58,751 nt of DNA from Chiloscyllium plagiosum (lineage: Eukaryota), in contig NC_057718.1 in the NCBI RefSeq assembly GCF_004010195.1, positions 5,595,985-5,654,735 of the forward strand, given 5' to 3'. Both the position numbers and the translations under genes were made by a program. Shown in pieces: positions 1 to 11,078 of the stretch. Below the pieces are notes generated by a model. It worked only from the letters and a program-made list of their open reading frames with translations. It searched no databases and was not told the DNA's origin. Each line of letters starts with the position of its first letter. The first letter of the stretch is position 1.

Positions 1-1203
1 GAGCAGTAGATGTGATCTATATGGACTTCAGTAAGGCGTTCGACAAGGTTCCCCATGGGAGACTGATTAGCAAGGTTAGATCTCATGGAATACGGGGAGA
101 ACTAGCCATTTGGATACAGAACTGGCTCAAAGGTAGAAGAGAGATGGTGGTGGTGGAGGGTTGTTTTTCAGACTGGAAGTCTGTGACCAGTGGAGTGCCA
201 CAAGGATCGGTGCTGGGTCCTCTACTTTTTGTCATTTACATAAATGATTTGGATGTGAGCATAAGAAGTACAGTTAGTAAGTTTGCAGATGATACCAAAA
301 TTGGAGGGTGTAGTGGACAGCAAAGAGGGTTACCTCAGATTACAACAGGATCTTGACCAAATGGGCCAATGGGCTGAGAAGTGGCAGCTGGAGTTTAATT
401 CAGATAAATACGAGGTGCTGAATTTTGGGAAAGCAAATCTTAGCAGGACTTATACACTTTCTGGTAAGGTCTGAGGGAGTGTTGCTGAACAAAGAGACCT
501 TGGAGTGCAGGTTCATAGCTCCTTGAAAGTGGAGGTAGATAGGATAGTGAAGAAAGCGTTTGGTATGCTTTCCTTTATTGGCCAGAGTACAGAGTACAGG
601 AATTGGGAGGTCATGCTGCGGCTGTACGGGACATTGGTTAGGCCACTGTTGGAATATTGCGTGCAATTCTGGTCTCCTTCCTATTGGAAAGATGTTGTGA
701 AACTTGAAAGGGTTCAGAAAAGATTTACAAGGATGTTGCCAGGGTTGTAGGATCTGAGCCACAGGGAGAGGCTGAACAGACTGGGGCTGTTTTCCCTGGA
801 GCGTCGGAGGCTGAGGGGTGACCTTATAGAGGTTTACAAAATTATGAGGGGCATGGATAGGATAAATAGGCAAAGTCTTTTCCCTGGGGTTGTGAAGTCT
901 AGAACTAGAGGGCATAGGTTTAGGGTGAGAGGGAAAAGATATAAAAGTGACCTAAGGGGCAACTTTTTCACACAGAGGGTGGTACGTGTATGGAATGAGC
1001 TGTCAGAGGATGTGGTGGAGGCTGGTACAATTGCAACATTTAAGATGCATTTGGATGGGTATATGAATAGGAAGGGTTTGGAGGGATAGGGGCCGGGTGC
1101 TGGCAGGTGGGACTAGATTGGGTTGGGATATTTGGTCAGCATGAACAGGTTGGACTGAAGGGTCTGTTTCCATGCTATACATCTCTATGACTCTATGACT
1201 CTG
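1..1203 (+). mobile_element. CR1-clade LINE (HER1-like), RT C-terminal half plus 3' UTR, frameshifted
   Basis: ORF fragments give [49 protein letters not shown] and FFTQRVVRVWN. Ends in the CR1 3' UTR with a (CTATGACT)n tail at ~1185-1203. Confidence 0.93.
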
Positions 1204-1643
1204 AATTGGCACTAGTTTAAAATTGTACCAGGTCGAGACAGAGTAAATGTAGGAAGAATGTTGCCATTGACTAGGGAAACCAGAATTGGGGTCACAGTCT
1301 AAGGTGTGGGGTTGGCCATTGGGACTGAGATTAGGAGACATTTTTTCACCCAGAGAGTGGTGAGCCCATGGAATTCTCTGCCACAGAAAGTAGTCATAGA
1401 ATCAAAGAGCTCCATAACATGGAAACAGACCCTTCAATCCAACTTGTCCATGCTAACCAGATATCCTAACTTAATCTAGACCCATTTGCCTGCATTTGGC
1501 CCATATCCCTCTAAACACTTTGAAACAAAAACATTTGAGTTAGATATAACTGTTAGGACTAAAGGCTTTTGAGTTAGATGATCAACCATGATCATATGGA
1601 ATGGTGGAGTAGGCTTAACTAACAGAATGGCCTACTCCTGTTC
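1204..1643 (+). mobile_element. Older CR1-type LINE 3' fragment, interrupted by a minus-strand CR1 3' tail (~1394-1518)
   Basis: Motif tttttcacccagagagtggtgagcccatggaattctctgcc, then the reverse complement of the CR1 tail (catggaaacagacccttc...catttggcccatatccctctaaac). Confidence 0.7.
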
Positions 1644-2143
1644 NNNNNNNNNNNNNNNNNNNNNNNNNNNNNNNNNNNNNNNNNNNNNNNNNNNNNNNNN
1701 NNNNNNNNNNNNNNNNNNNNNNNNNNNNNNNNNNNNNNNNNNNNNNNNNNNNNNNNNNNNNNNNNNNNNNNNNNNNNNNNNNNNNNNNNNNNNNNNNNNN
1801 NNNNNNNNNNNNNNNNNNNNNNNNNNNNNNNNNNNNNNNNNNNNNNNNNNNNNNNNNNNNNNNNNNNNNNNNNNNNNNNNNNNNNNNNNNNNNNNNNNNN
1901 NNNNNNNNNNNNNNNNNNNNNNNNNNNNNNNNNNNNNNNNNNNNNNNNNNNNNNNNNNNNNNNNNNNNNNNNNNNNNNNNNNNNNNNNNNNNNNNNNNNN
2001 NNNNNNNNNNNNNNNNNNNNNNNNNNNNNNNNNNNNNNNNNNNNNNNNNNNNNNNNNNNNNNNNNNNNNNNNNNNNNNNNNNNNNNNNNNNNNNNNNNNN
2101 NNNNNNNNNNNNNNNNNNNNNNNNNNNNNNNNNNNNNNNNNNN
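1644..2143. other. Assembly gap (500 N)
   Basis: Run of N. Confidence 0.99.
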
Positions 2144-2579
2144 AGTCGGTTTTTTGCCCTCCCCACTAACCTCTTGTTGTCACTTGAGTTTGTCCCCAGG
2201 GGGCCAATGTAGTTATTTGTGAGGTTAAATATGTCAGCTTCTACTGGAAATGTAAGTTTCAGGATGGGTGGGTATGCATTTCAGGAAGCGGGTTTAAAAA
2301 TCTCTGGTTAACAACATGTAATGGGGTGTGAGAGCAGCACAAACAGGAGGATGTCATTACTGGAGGCAGAATCAACTTAAATTTAGGAACAACTTCTTTT
2401 TGGCGAGCAGCATATACTGGCAAGATTGGAAACAATAACCTGCATTTGCATAGCACCTTTTTAGCAGAGCGAACTGCTTCACTGCAGCATTGTCAAACAA
2501 GACTTTATTGCTGGAGATGCAATGATTGCAACGAGATTTGATAGAGGAGTGTGCCGGACACAGCAGGTAGGGAAGCACA

Positions 2580-2659
2580 TTGAGTTGGGATATCTGGTTG
2601 GCATGGACGGGTTGGACTGAAGAGTCTGTTTCCATGTTGGTACATCTCTATGACTCTGA
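2580..2659 (+). mobile_element. Isolated, extremely 5'-truncated CR1 3' tail
   Basis: gttgggatatctggttggcatggacgggttggactgaagagtctgtttccatg...catctctatgactct matches 1120-1200. Confidence 0.8.
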
Positions 2660-3376
2660 CCCCCTGTTGAGAGGTTAAGACTCCTCACTGAAAACTGAGA
2701 CAGCAGAGTGGGCCTGCTAAAGTGGGAACACTGCTAGTGAAACTCAGCTGGAACTCCATTACTGGCTCACAGCCTACACTTGGGGTCTGAGCATCTAGAG
2801 AGAGAAGCCAGTAAAACTAAAGCAGTAATGCATGAAATGAATATATTGGTCGTACTAGACCACTGTTCTAAGGTATGCAAAACAAGTTGGGCCAGTTGTA
2901 CCACTGACAAGGTTTTACTGGTTTTTCCTTTCCCGATCCCAACTTTCAGAATTCTTTGAGGTAGGGAAAAAGTATTCTATTGATAGTAGGGTTGAGAAGC
3001 AGAGGACGCGGCTTAATTTAATCGGGAAAATAACTGGAGGCACCTTGTGGTTAGGAACTGGATTGAGTTCAATTGTGGTTTCAAAAGAGGATAAGGATTT
3101 GAAAGGAAAATGCTGAAACCAGCTTATGGTGAACTAGCAAAGACTTGACAGTCTGAATGGTCTCTTTACTGTGCTGCAAGGAAAGTCATCAAAGTCCTAG
3201 AAGACCACAGAGAGATGGAGTGTGATTTTAACCTGAAGGTCACCACACTTCAGCTGATGGACAAAGTTGAGAAAGTGGGACCTTGCCAGTGACCTCAGTC
3301 ACTGGAGGAATTGAACTCAGTCCGTTGGTATCAGTAACCATCTGTCCAGTCATCAGAGCTAACCAACATCCAAAGT

Positions 3377-3673
3377 GGGCGGCACGGTGGCACAGTGGTT
3401 AGCACTGCTGCCTCACAGCGCCAGAGACCCGGGTTCAATTCCCGCCTCAGGCGACTAACTGTGTGGAGTTTGCACGTTCTCCCCGTGTCTGCGTGGGTTT
3501 CCTCCGGGTGCTCCGGTTTCCTCCCACAGTCCAAAGATGTGCAGGTTACGTGAATTGGCCACGCTAAATTGCCCGTAGTGTTAGGTGTTAGGTCTGGGTG
3601 GGTGCGCTTCGGCGGGTCGGTGTGGACTTGTTGGGCCGAAGGGCATGTTTCCACACTGTAATCTAATCTAATC
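3377..3673 (+). mobile_element. HE1-type V-SINE, full length
   Basis: tRNA-derived head (ggcacggtggcacagtggttagc A box; gggttcaattccc B box), V core (tgtgtggagtttgcacgttctccccgtgtctgcgtgggtttcctccgggtgctccgg), CR1-derived tail gggccgaagggc..tgtttcc and (TAATC)n end. Confidence 0.92.
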
Positions 3674-4103
3674 ATCCTTTTCAGCGAAGCAGCCATTCTC
3701 TGATTCTGTAGAGAGGTGCTGAACAGGTGACCAAAGGTTTGGTCAGATAGGAAGGAATGGTTGCACTGGCGGAGGATGGCCCATATCAGGGATGTTCCCA
3801 ACCAGGCGTGGCAGAGAAAGTGTGACACAACGTGACTGTGAGAGTTGTGAGAAAACTGTTCAATGTGCAAGATGGCTGGGATATGCAATTCTCAGCTCTG
3901 TGGCTTGTTCACAGTTTTGTAACCACGCATGGCACAAACTATATTGCTGCAAAATGGAGCAAGTGTGATATTTCTATGTTGCATGCAAAACTTTAAAGAT
4001 AATTGGACATTGATTTTAGATCATCCATGAACAAAGTTCTTAGTCGTAAGTTTATGTAGTCTGGACTTCACTCCCAAAGAGAGCAGTAGACACAAATTCT
4101 ATG

Positions 4104-4287
4104 AGAGCTGAAAATGTGTTGTTGGAAAAGCGCAGCAGGTCAGGCAGCATCCAAGGAGCAGGAGAATCGACGTTTCGGGCATGAGCCCTTCTTCAGGAAT
4201 CCTTGGATGCTGCCTGACCTGCTGCACTTTTCCAGCAACACATTTTCAGCTCTGATCTCCAGCATCTGCAGTCCTCACTTTCTCCTA
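4104..4287. mobile_element. Penelope-like pLTR-derived fold-back mini-element with minus-strand hammerhead motif (4165-4200)
   Basis: Inverted arms (agagctgaaaatgtgttg..gcagcatccaagga / tccttggatgctgc..cacattttcagctct). Flanking duplication aca(a/g)attctatgaga at 4092-4106 and 4288-4302. Confidence 0.85.
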
Positions 4288-5369
4288 ACAGATTCTATGA
4301 GAACCTTGGAGGGCCATCGGCATTGTTCCTGTGCAGTATTGTTTTATAAGAATGTCAAGAAAGAGAATCAGACAAATCCTTTTGAAAATGAAATATCTTC
4401 AGGCCTATGGGGAAAGAGAAGGGGGTGTGCAATTAATTGACTGTCTCCCTTAAGAGGTTGGCACAGGCACCATGGATCATGTGGCCACTTCCTACCCTGA
4501 GATTCTAGACTATAGAGCAGGCTATAAATTGGAGATACAAATTTAAAGCAAGAAGATATTATCATCAAAGTGTGATAACATTGTGCAATAAATGGCCACG
4601 GTATGCTAGATTTTTAACAAATTGTAGATAGATTTGGGGTAAATTCACCTCTCAGGAAGTATGCAGCTTAGGGCTCATTCACACAATTCCTGGCATACTG
4701 AACCATGGATTCAAAGAACCAGGCCGTTCAACATTTTGTCTCTGCCAGCTTTTCTGCTGGAGCTATCCAGGTAATTGTCCCTGGGCAGATGGTCAGGACA
4801 AAAGGGTATATAACCCTAATAATTGAACTTGATTCTTCAGGGGTGATGTCTGGAGGTACTTCTTCATAGAAAGGGGTCGCAGGATTCTGGAAATCTCTCC
4901 ACCAGATGTTAATGATGATTTATACTTAATGAACTGACATCTCTTTGCATTTCCATTATGCCCAAACTTCCCCTTAGTATCCCCATTAAAAGCCTTTATG
5001 AAATCTTAAACTCCAGACAATGTTTGAGCTGATTACAGAGAAAGAGAAGAGTAAGTTCTGATGGTGAAGACAACCTGTGTAAGACCTCTTAATTAAAAAA
5101 GGCCAAACGTGGATTCATAATTTCAAAAATTGAGATCAAACAGGTTGTTGTTAATCAAGGGTGCTAAGATTTGAAGGAATCAGGTTGTGGTTAGATGGAG
5201 TTAAGAAGCATCTCAACTATGATTTAAGTGAATGGGCTGAATGGCCTCATCCTGTTCCTAACTGGAGCAACTTATTGTGACATTGAGAATTGAACAGATC
5301 AGGGACTGAAGTCTGTGTGAATTGTGGAACAAGTATGTTAATATGTATAAAAGTATTATTTGGTAATGC

Positions 5370-5481
5370 TGGTGTTGGACTGGCATGTACAAAGAACTGC
5401 TCCTTCATCCACTAGTTCCAAAAGCTAGTGCTTCCAAATAAACCTGTTGGACCATAACCTGGTGTTATGTGGTTTTTAACT
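5370..5481 (+). mobile_element. Fragment of a second PLE terminal-repeat family
   Basis: aaagctagtgcttccaaataaacctgttggaccataacctggtgtt matches the right arm of the palindrome at 30340-30504. Confidence 0.6.
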
Positions 5482-5625
5482 TTATAAAATTATTGCTAAC
5501 TTAATGTGTCAAATGGCTTATTCTAAATGCATTTGTTTAAATTTATGGGAAGTTACTTTCATGGGAACTTGTTTAATTAATAGTGCACTTATTGCTAGTA
5601 TTGAATAGGAATGCACTGACTATAA

Positions 5626-5915
5626 TTAGATTAGATTAAATTACTTACAGTGTGAAAACAGGCCCTTCGGCCCAACAAGTCCACACCGACCCGCCGAAGC
5701 GCACCCACCCAGACCCATTCCCCTACATTTACCCCTGCATCTAACACTACAGGCAATTTAGCGTGGCCAATTCACCTAACCTGCACATTTTTGGACTGTG
5801 GGAGGAAACCGGAGCACCCGGAGGAAACCCACGCAGACACGGGGAGAATGTGCAAACTCCACACAGTCAGTCGCCCTGAGGCGGGAATTGAACCCGGGTC
5901 TCTGGCGCTGTGAGG
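5626..5915 (-). mobile_element. HE1 V-SINE, slightly 5'-truncated
   Basis: Reverse complement of 3377-3673. Flanking duplication gactat(a/g)at at ~5618-5626 and ~5915-5923. Confidence 0.9.
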
Positions 5916-5924
5916 ACTATGATG

Positions 5925-6225
5925 GTTTACTATGGACCCAGAAGACTGGGTTCGTAATTCACAGAATCAGTTGAAAGCTTACCAACAAAATCTAGAAATG
6001 GAAATATCACGGTTGTCGGATTATTATAAAAAAATCAACTTTGTTCCTGGTCAGGCCTACATGTGACTCCCAATTCCATAGCAACATAGTTGACTCTTAA
6101 TGTCCAGTCTCCTCCCCAGAGTAGCTGAGTAAAGCTACCCCATTGTATCAAAACATTGTTGTCAGTCATATCCAGGGATGGGCAGTTGATGGTGGACTTG
6201 TCAGTGATGCCCTTATCAGGAGAGT
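5925..6225 (+). mobile_element. Degenerate tRNA-derived SINE (second family) whose tail matches the Zenon/Crack-like LINE
   Basis: B-box-like ctgggttcgtaattc, core ggtcaggcctacatgtgactcc, tail agggatgggcag...gccagtgatgccc. Related copies at ~18205-18480, 24725-24970, 27990-28230, 34975-35220 and 52080-52350. Confidence 0.55.
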
Positions 6226-6429
6226 GTATTGTTCTCTTAAATTAACTCCATGAGCGATCTTAGGAATGGATACAGGTTATTGTTATAAACACAGCAGTAG
6301 CTGTTTGACATTGTCTCTATTCTCCCTGTATGATTCAAATCCTTTCTCACTTAAGAAATTATTATTGATTTTTATTTTACAAATGTAACCAGCAGAGCTT
6401 TATCCTCTTGTTCATTGTATCAACTTAAG

Positions 6430-6484
6430 TATTGTCTGGAGTTCCACGTCCTCTACAAACTTCTAATGGGAGCCCGAAGAGGAG
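6430..6484 (+). CDS. Weak candidate internal exon of host gene: (V)LSGVPRPLQTSNGSPKR(S/R)
   Basis: Pyrimidine-rich upstream with ttaAG acceptor, AG|GTCAGG donor. Lies in non-repeat sequence. Ends in phase 2, compatible with the exons at 22355 and 46286. Confidence 0.25.
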
Positions 6485-6694
6485 GTCAGGACAGAGAGGA
6501 AATGTAACTGTTATTTTATATAAATTATTGCCTTCAGGGGAACAATATGCACTTGCGAGTGGTCACAGTGTATGGTAGCGATCCCCAAATGAGAACCTTC
6601 TAATCGTTACATTCTTCAGTTCAGAGTCCAAGTGAGCTCTTTTTGATGCTGGCATTGATTGATAAATCTTGTTTGAAATGTTTGGACCTTGAGG

Positions 6695-6879
6695 TTAATG
6701 AAACATTACAACACTTATAAGGCATCTGGACGTGTGTATGAATAGGAAGGGCTTGGAAGGATAAGGGCCAAATGCTGATAAATAGGACTAGATTAATTTA
6801 GGACAAGTCCACCATCAACTGCCCATGGACAAATTGGACTGAAGGGTCTGTTTCCGTGCTGAACATCTCTATGACTCTA
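6695..6879 (+). mobile_element. CR1 3' end carrying a 25-bp foreign insertion (6802-6826)
   Basis: Matches 1030-1200 except for the inserted segment; ends catctctatgactct. Confidence 0.85.
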
Positions 6880-7049
6880 AGCACTGTTTCCTCAATGAAT
6901 GTGTTGTTCTTCAGTAAAAAATGTAGCTTTATAGTATCAGCAATGTGAGACATACGCTAATGAAAAAGACATAGACATAATTACTGGTCATTGGTAAATT
7001 GTCAGTGTGGTCAGTTATGTATAAAGTAGTTTTCTCACGTATAAAATAG

Positions 7050-7464
7050 CTTTGTTATAGGGAGAGGAAAGAGAGGTCTGAGTCCTTCACTTATAGCACC
7101 ACCTAGTGAGCAGAGTCTACCCTGCACCATGATTGTTGACATAACAAAATTGAACAGAAATATCAACACAGCAATATACAAAGTACACGGTGACTGAAAA
7201 GTGGGACAGGAAATTGTAATAACAGGAGGCTCATAAACAAAGTGTAGTCTGAAGGCAAAATTTTTAATATACGTTGTCTATGATCCTCCTGTTATTACAA
7301 TTTCCTGTCCCACTTTTCAGTCACCGTGTACTTTGTATATTGCTGTGTCGATATTTCTGTTCAATTTTGTTATGTCAACAATCATGGTGCAGGGTAGGCT
7401 GTGCTCATTAGGTGGTGCTATCAATGAAGGACTCAGACTTCTCTTTCCTCTCCCACTAACAAAG
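7050..7464. repeat. Long inverted repeat, ~197-bp arms with ~21-nt spacer
   Basis: 7050-7246 is the reverse complement of 7268-7464. For example caccatgattgttgacataacaaaattgaacagaaatatc pairs with gatatttctgttcaattttgttatgtcaacaatcatggtg. Only scattered mismatches. Confidence 0.95.
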
Positions 7465-7465
7465 T

Positions 7466-7646
7466 GCCATGACCATTACAGACAAAAATAGAAACTGCTG
7501 GAAAAGCTCAGCAGGTCTGGCAGCATTTGTGAAGAGAAATCATAGTTAACGTTTTGGGTCGAGTGACCCTTCCTTCAATAATGCCAGACCTGCTGAGCTT
7601 TTCCAGCAGTTTCTGCTTTTGTTTGTAATGGTCATGGTCTTTGTTA
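7466..7646. mobile_element. Older PLE pLTR fold-back element
   Basis: ccatgaccattacagacaaaa..agaaactgctggaaaagctcagcaggtctggca pairs with tgccagacctgctgagcttttccagcagtttct..tttgtttgtaatggtcatgg. The centre has a degenerate hammerhead complement (aacgttttgggtcgagtgacccttcc). Confidence 0.8.
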
Positions 7647-8133
7647 ACAGGCCAGTGGTTCTAAATTCAAGCTCAACCATTTGGCAGGTTGTATAACTGA
7701 ATTCAATATATCCAGATAATGTATGGCTAGCACCAAAACAACTTAGTTTTTATGCTGTTTTCACTAAAGCATAAACCTGTTTTATAATAAACTCTTCCTG
7801 TAAGTGGTAGATCAGGAAATCTTTTAGAGGAGTGAATACCATATCAATTTTAATCCATAAATTGAAAATATCCTCAGATTACTGGGGAGTCTCTACATGG
7901 AATATTGTAATTTCCTCTGGGAAACTTCACCTTTCAAAATATTGATATGCTGAGAATTTACAAATGTTAAGGGTATTCACTCTGTGCCACTGGGTTTGAC
8001 TTGAACTAGGACTATTCAGTCTTAATCATACTTGTATTTGTTACATATTTTGGCTCAAGGTTTACAAAAGCCTGTTCTTAGTAATTCATCGGAATGATTC
8101 TGGGACTGAGTGGTGAAATCAAGGAAATGATTA

Positions 8134-8973
8134 AAAACAAACACAGAAATTGCTGGAGAAGGTCAGCAGGTCTGGAACTATCTGTGGAGAGAGAAACCAA
8201 GTTCACATTTTGGTCGGGTAAAGTTTCTACAGTTCCCTCGATAACACTTCATCATACCCTGCTTCCTGAAAGGACTCCATTCCATTCTCCCACTTTCTCC
8301 ATCTTTGTAATATTTATTCCAATTATGCCACCTTACAAGGTGGTGTGTCAATGTGACCTCCTTTTTCTGTAAATGACCTGCTGCTGTGCGCTCTGAGCTG
8401 TGTCCAACACATCTCCTGCATTTTTGCCCTCACCCCTTCCTCCCCTTCATCGAATAACCTTCATAGATTCCCCTTGCCTTCAGTCTCCACCCCATCAGTC
8501 TCCACATTCAAATGATCATCGTCCACCATTTCTATCTCCTCCAGCAAGGCACCACCATCTTTCCCTTCCCTTCACTGTCAGCATTCTTCAGGGACTGTTC
8601 CCTCCATGATATCCTGATCAATTCCTAACACTTTGTCAGTCCCCCATGCAATCTTCCCATGCAATTGCAGAAGGTGGAACATCCATGCATTCACCTACAC
8701 CCTCCACACTGTCCAAGGTTTTAAACACCCCTTCCAAATGAGCAAGCTTTTTAAATGTACTGCTTTAAATCTAATCTACTGTATTCGCTGCTCACAATGT
8801 GGTCCCCTCTACACTGGGAGACAAAGTGCAGCTGGGTCAGTGCTTTACTGAATGCCTCTGCCTTGTCTGTAGGAATGATCCTGACTTCATGGTTGCTTGT
8901 CATTTCAATAACCATATTGCTTTCATGCTAACATGAGAGTTAATGTTTTGGGTCCAGTGACCCTTCTTCAGAA
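8134..8973 (+). mobile_element. Decayed Penelope-like element: inverted pLTR piece, RT thumb and GIY-YIG endonuclease remnant
   Basis: ORF 8633-8851 gives FPCNCRR..VQGFKHPFQ..FKCTALNLIYCIRCSQCGPLYTG (Cys linker plus GIY-YIG motif). pLTR-like pieces at 8134-8220 and 8935-8973. Confidence 0.8.
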
Positions 8974-9900
8974 TAGATTGTGAAACGTATGACTTCCCTC
9001 TGCTTATGGCCTGGGAAGCCACTAAGTTGTACCTAAATCCTACAAAATCTGATAAAAGAAATAATTAGCCACCCCATTGACCAAGGAATTGGAAATGGAA
9101 ATGCCATACATGTACTCTGGATGGGGAACATCAACATCTATCACCAAAGATGGCTCAACAGCAACACTACTGATTGAGCAGGTCAAGTCCTTAAGGACAT
9201 AGGTCTATGTGGCGAATGTTGAGGGAAACCAAGGGAAAAACATACATGGCCTCTTCGTTATTAATATACCTCTTGCGGATGCATCTGTCCACAACAGTAT
9301 CATTAAGAGTGACCATTCCAGAGTCCTTTTGCAGATGAATTCCTACTTTTACATTGAGGATTCCCTTCATATTGTTGTGTAGAATACTACTGTATTATAT
9401 AGGATAGATTTTGCATGGACTCAGCAACTGAACACTGAGCATCCATGACATGCTGTCGGCCACCAGCAGTGCAGAATTATATCCTAACACAATCGGCAAT
9501 GTCATGGCCTCGCATCTCCCCCACTCTACCATTACTATCAAGCCAAGAGCAACTCAAGGCATACCTAATACTGGGTAGTCAACCTGGTGCAGCTACAAAA
9601 CAGGACTGCCTGCATGCTGTGCAGTGTTAGCAGGAGTAACAGACAGAACTAAATGATCACACAGCCAACATATCAGATCTAAGCTTTGAAATCCTGATAT
9701 GAATAGTAGACAATTAAACAATTCACTGATGGAAGAGACTCCACAAATGTCCCCACCCTCGATGATCATTGAGTCCGGCATATCAGCATTTGGGAAAGTC
9801 TTCAGCCACAAGTGTTAAATAGATGATCCATTTTGGCCTCCTCCACAGATCCATAATATTGCAGATGCCAGCCTTCAGTCAATTCCACACAAAATCAAGA

Positions 9901-10548
9901 GAAGATCCCAAGATGGTGGCAAAGGGCTGTGTTGCATTTGGCTCCTGAGCGCATGTTCGGTCACTCATGGCTCATGCCATGGGTTCTGTCACATCCACGC
10001 AGCTTCATTGGTGTCTTTCCAGCTCGGTCATGTTTTTTTGTTTTGGTTGCCCTGGGGCCTCCTTCTCCTGTGGGAGGCCAGACCCCTCCCCCCCATGCAT
10101 CTTCATCCCCACTCCACCTCGGGTGGCGGCATCGGAAAAATGAGCCAGGACTCCGTTGGTCGATTTCCAATATCGGAGGAGCTACAGGATTCATGCAGCG
10201 TGACCGTCTCCAGCTTGGAGATGGCGGATGTGGAGGTGATGGTGCCAGTGGTGGCAGGAAAGGGGCACATTGCCAGGACTCTTGGGGGGGTGGGTGTGGG
10301 GTGCGGGGTGCGATGTTGGACAGCAGTAACAGGGGGAGCAGAGAGGGTGAAGGCTACAGAGAGGGAAAGATGAACTTTTGAAGTTGTTTCAGTTTTAGTA
10401 ATATCAATTTAATATTAATTTATTCAGTACTTTGGTATTTATACAATTCATTCATTCATTTATTCTGTAATCCAAGATGGCACCGAAATTTGGTGCCATT
10501 ATCCACTTTTCACTATACCTTGGTACAAGTGACAGTATATTAAATAAA
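9901..10548 (+). mobile_element. Non-autonomous element with GC-rich body and Rex1/Babar-like 3' tail
   Basis: Starts caagatggtggc; ends cacttttcactataccttggtacaagtgacagtatattaaataaaa. Interrupts the flanking LINE, which resumes at gttgaaggcac. Confidence 0.5.
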
Positions 10549-10810
10549 AGTTGAAGGCACAATATACCGCAAGGAATGTGGGCCCTGAGAACATTCCAGC
10601 AATAGTACTGAGGATTTATTCTCCAGAATTTATGATGCCCCTAACCAACCTATTCCAGTATAGCTACAACACTGGTTTCTCCCTGGAAATGGGGAAAATT
10701 GCATAGGTACGTTCTGTACACAAAAAAGCTAAACAAATCCAACCCGGCCAATGACTGTTCCATCAATCTACTCTTGATCATCAGCAAAGTGATGATGGTT
10801 TCTGTTGACA

Positions 10811-10824
10811 GTGCCACCTAGTGG
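10811..10824 (-). promoter_or_regulatory. CTCF core motif match
   Basis: Minus strand CCACTAGGTGGCAC fits the consensus CCASYAGRKGGCRS. Motif only; no binding evidence. Confidence 0.4.
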
Positions 10825-11078
10825 CATTTAGTCAACATCAACCTGATCCCTGATGCTCTCTCTGATCTTTTCCTTCAGTACATCTTGGTGCAAATGAGTG
10901 AAGAAGGGAAATGAAGGCGACTGATGTAAACATTGACCGAGTGTGGAATCAGGAAGCCCTAGTGGAACTGGACTTAGTGGGATTCAGGAGGATAACTGGT
11001 TGAAGTCATACCTGGCACAAAAGAAAATGGTTGTGAAAACATTCAGGCTTGTACTAACGAATGGCAAGTAGTATTGCC

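Larger units (their letters stand above)
9100..11075 (+). mobile_element. Highly decayed Zenon/Crack-like (CR1-group) LINE, split by the 9901-10548 insertion
   Basis: Residual RT-region DNA (acaaatccaacccggccaatgactg..ccatcaatctactcttgatcatcagcaaagtgatg; ttgaccgagtgtggaatcagga). Same family as 27270-27860. Confidence 0.6.

Noticed and set aside
1588..2169. Long ORFs spanning N runs (also 49808-51349, 50089-51345 and 56533-57089)
   Set aside because: Length comes from X read-through of assembly gaps.
3377..3450. tRNA-like A/B boxes
   Set aside because: SINE heads that continue into the V core; no complete cloverleaf or terminator.
3331..3888. Recurrent peptide CGRKPEHPEETHADTGRTCKLHT (also at 23610, 33915, 45414 and 55538)
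   Set aside because: Antisense translation of the HE1 SINE V core, not a protein family.
4114..4440. ORFs beginning MCCWKSAAGQAAS (also at 11074, 16550, 17135 and 56722)
   Set aside because: Translations of the non-coding PLE pLTR palindromes.
4656..4770. AG..GT-bounded 115-nt segment, phase-compatible with the 6430 exon
   Set aside because: Sits between decayed LINE fragments, has a short pyrimidine tract and encodes no recognisable peptide. Phase match is a one-in-three chance.
9929..10381. 150-aa and 121-aa GC-rich ORFs
   Set aside because: Overlapping open frames within a repeat-like insertion; no domain or splice support.
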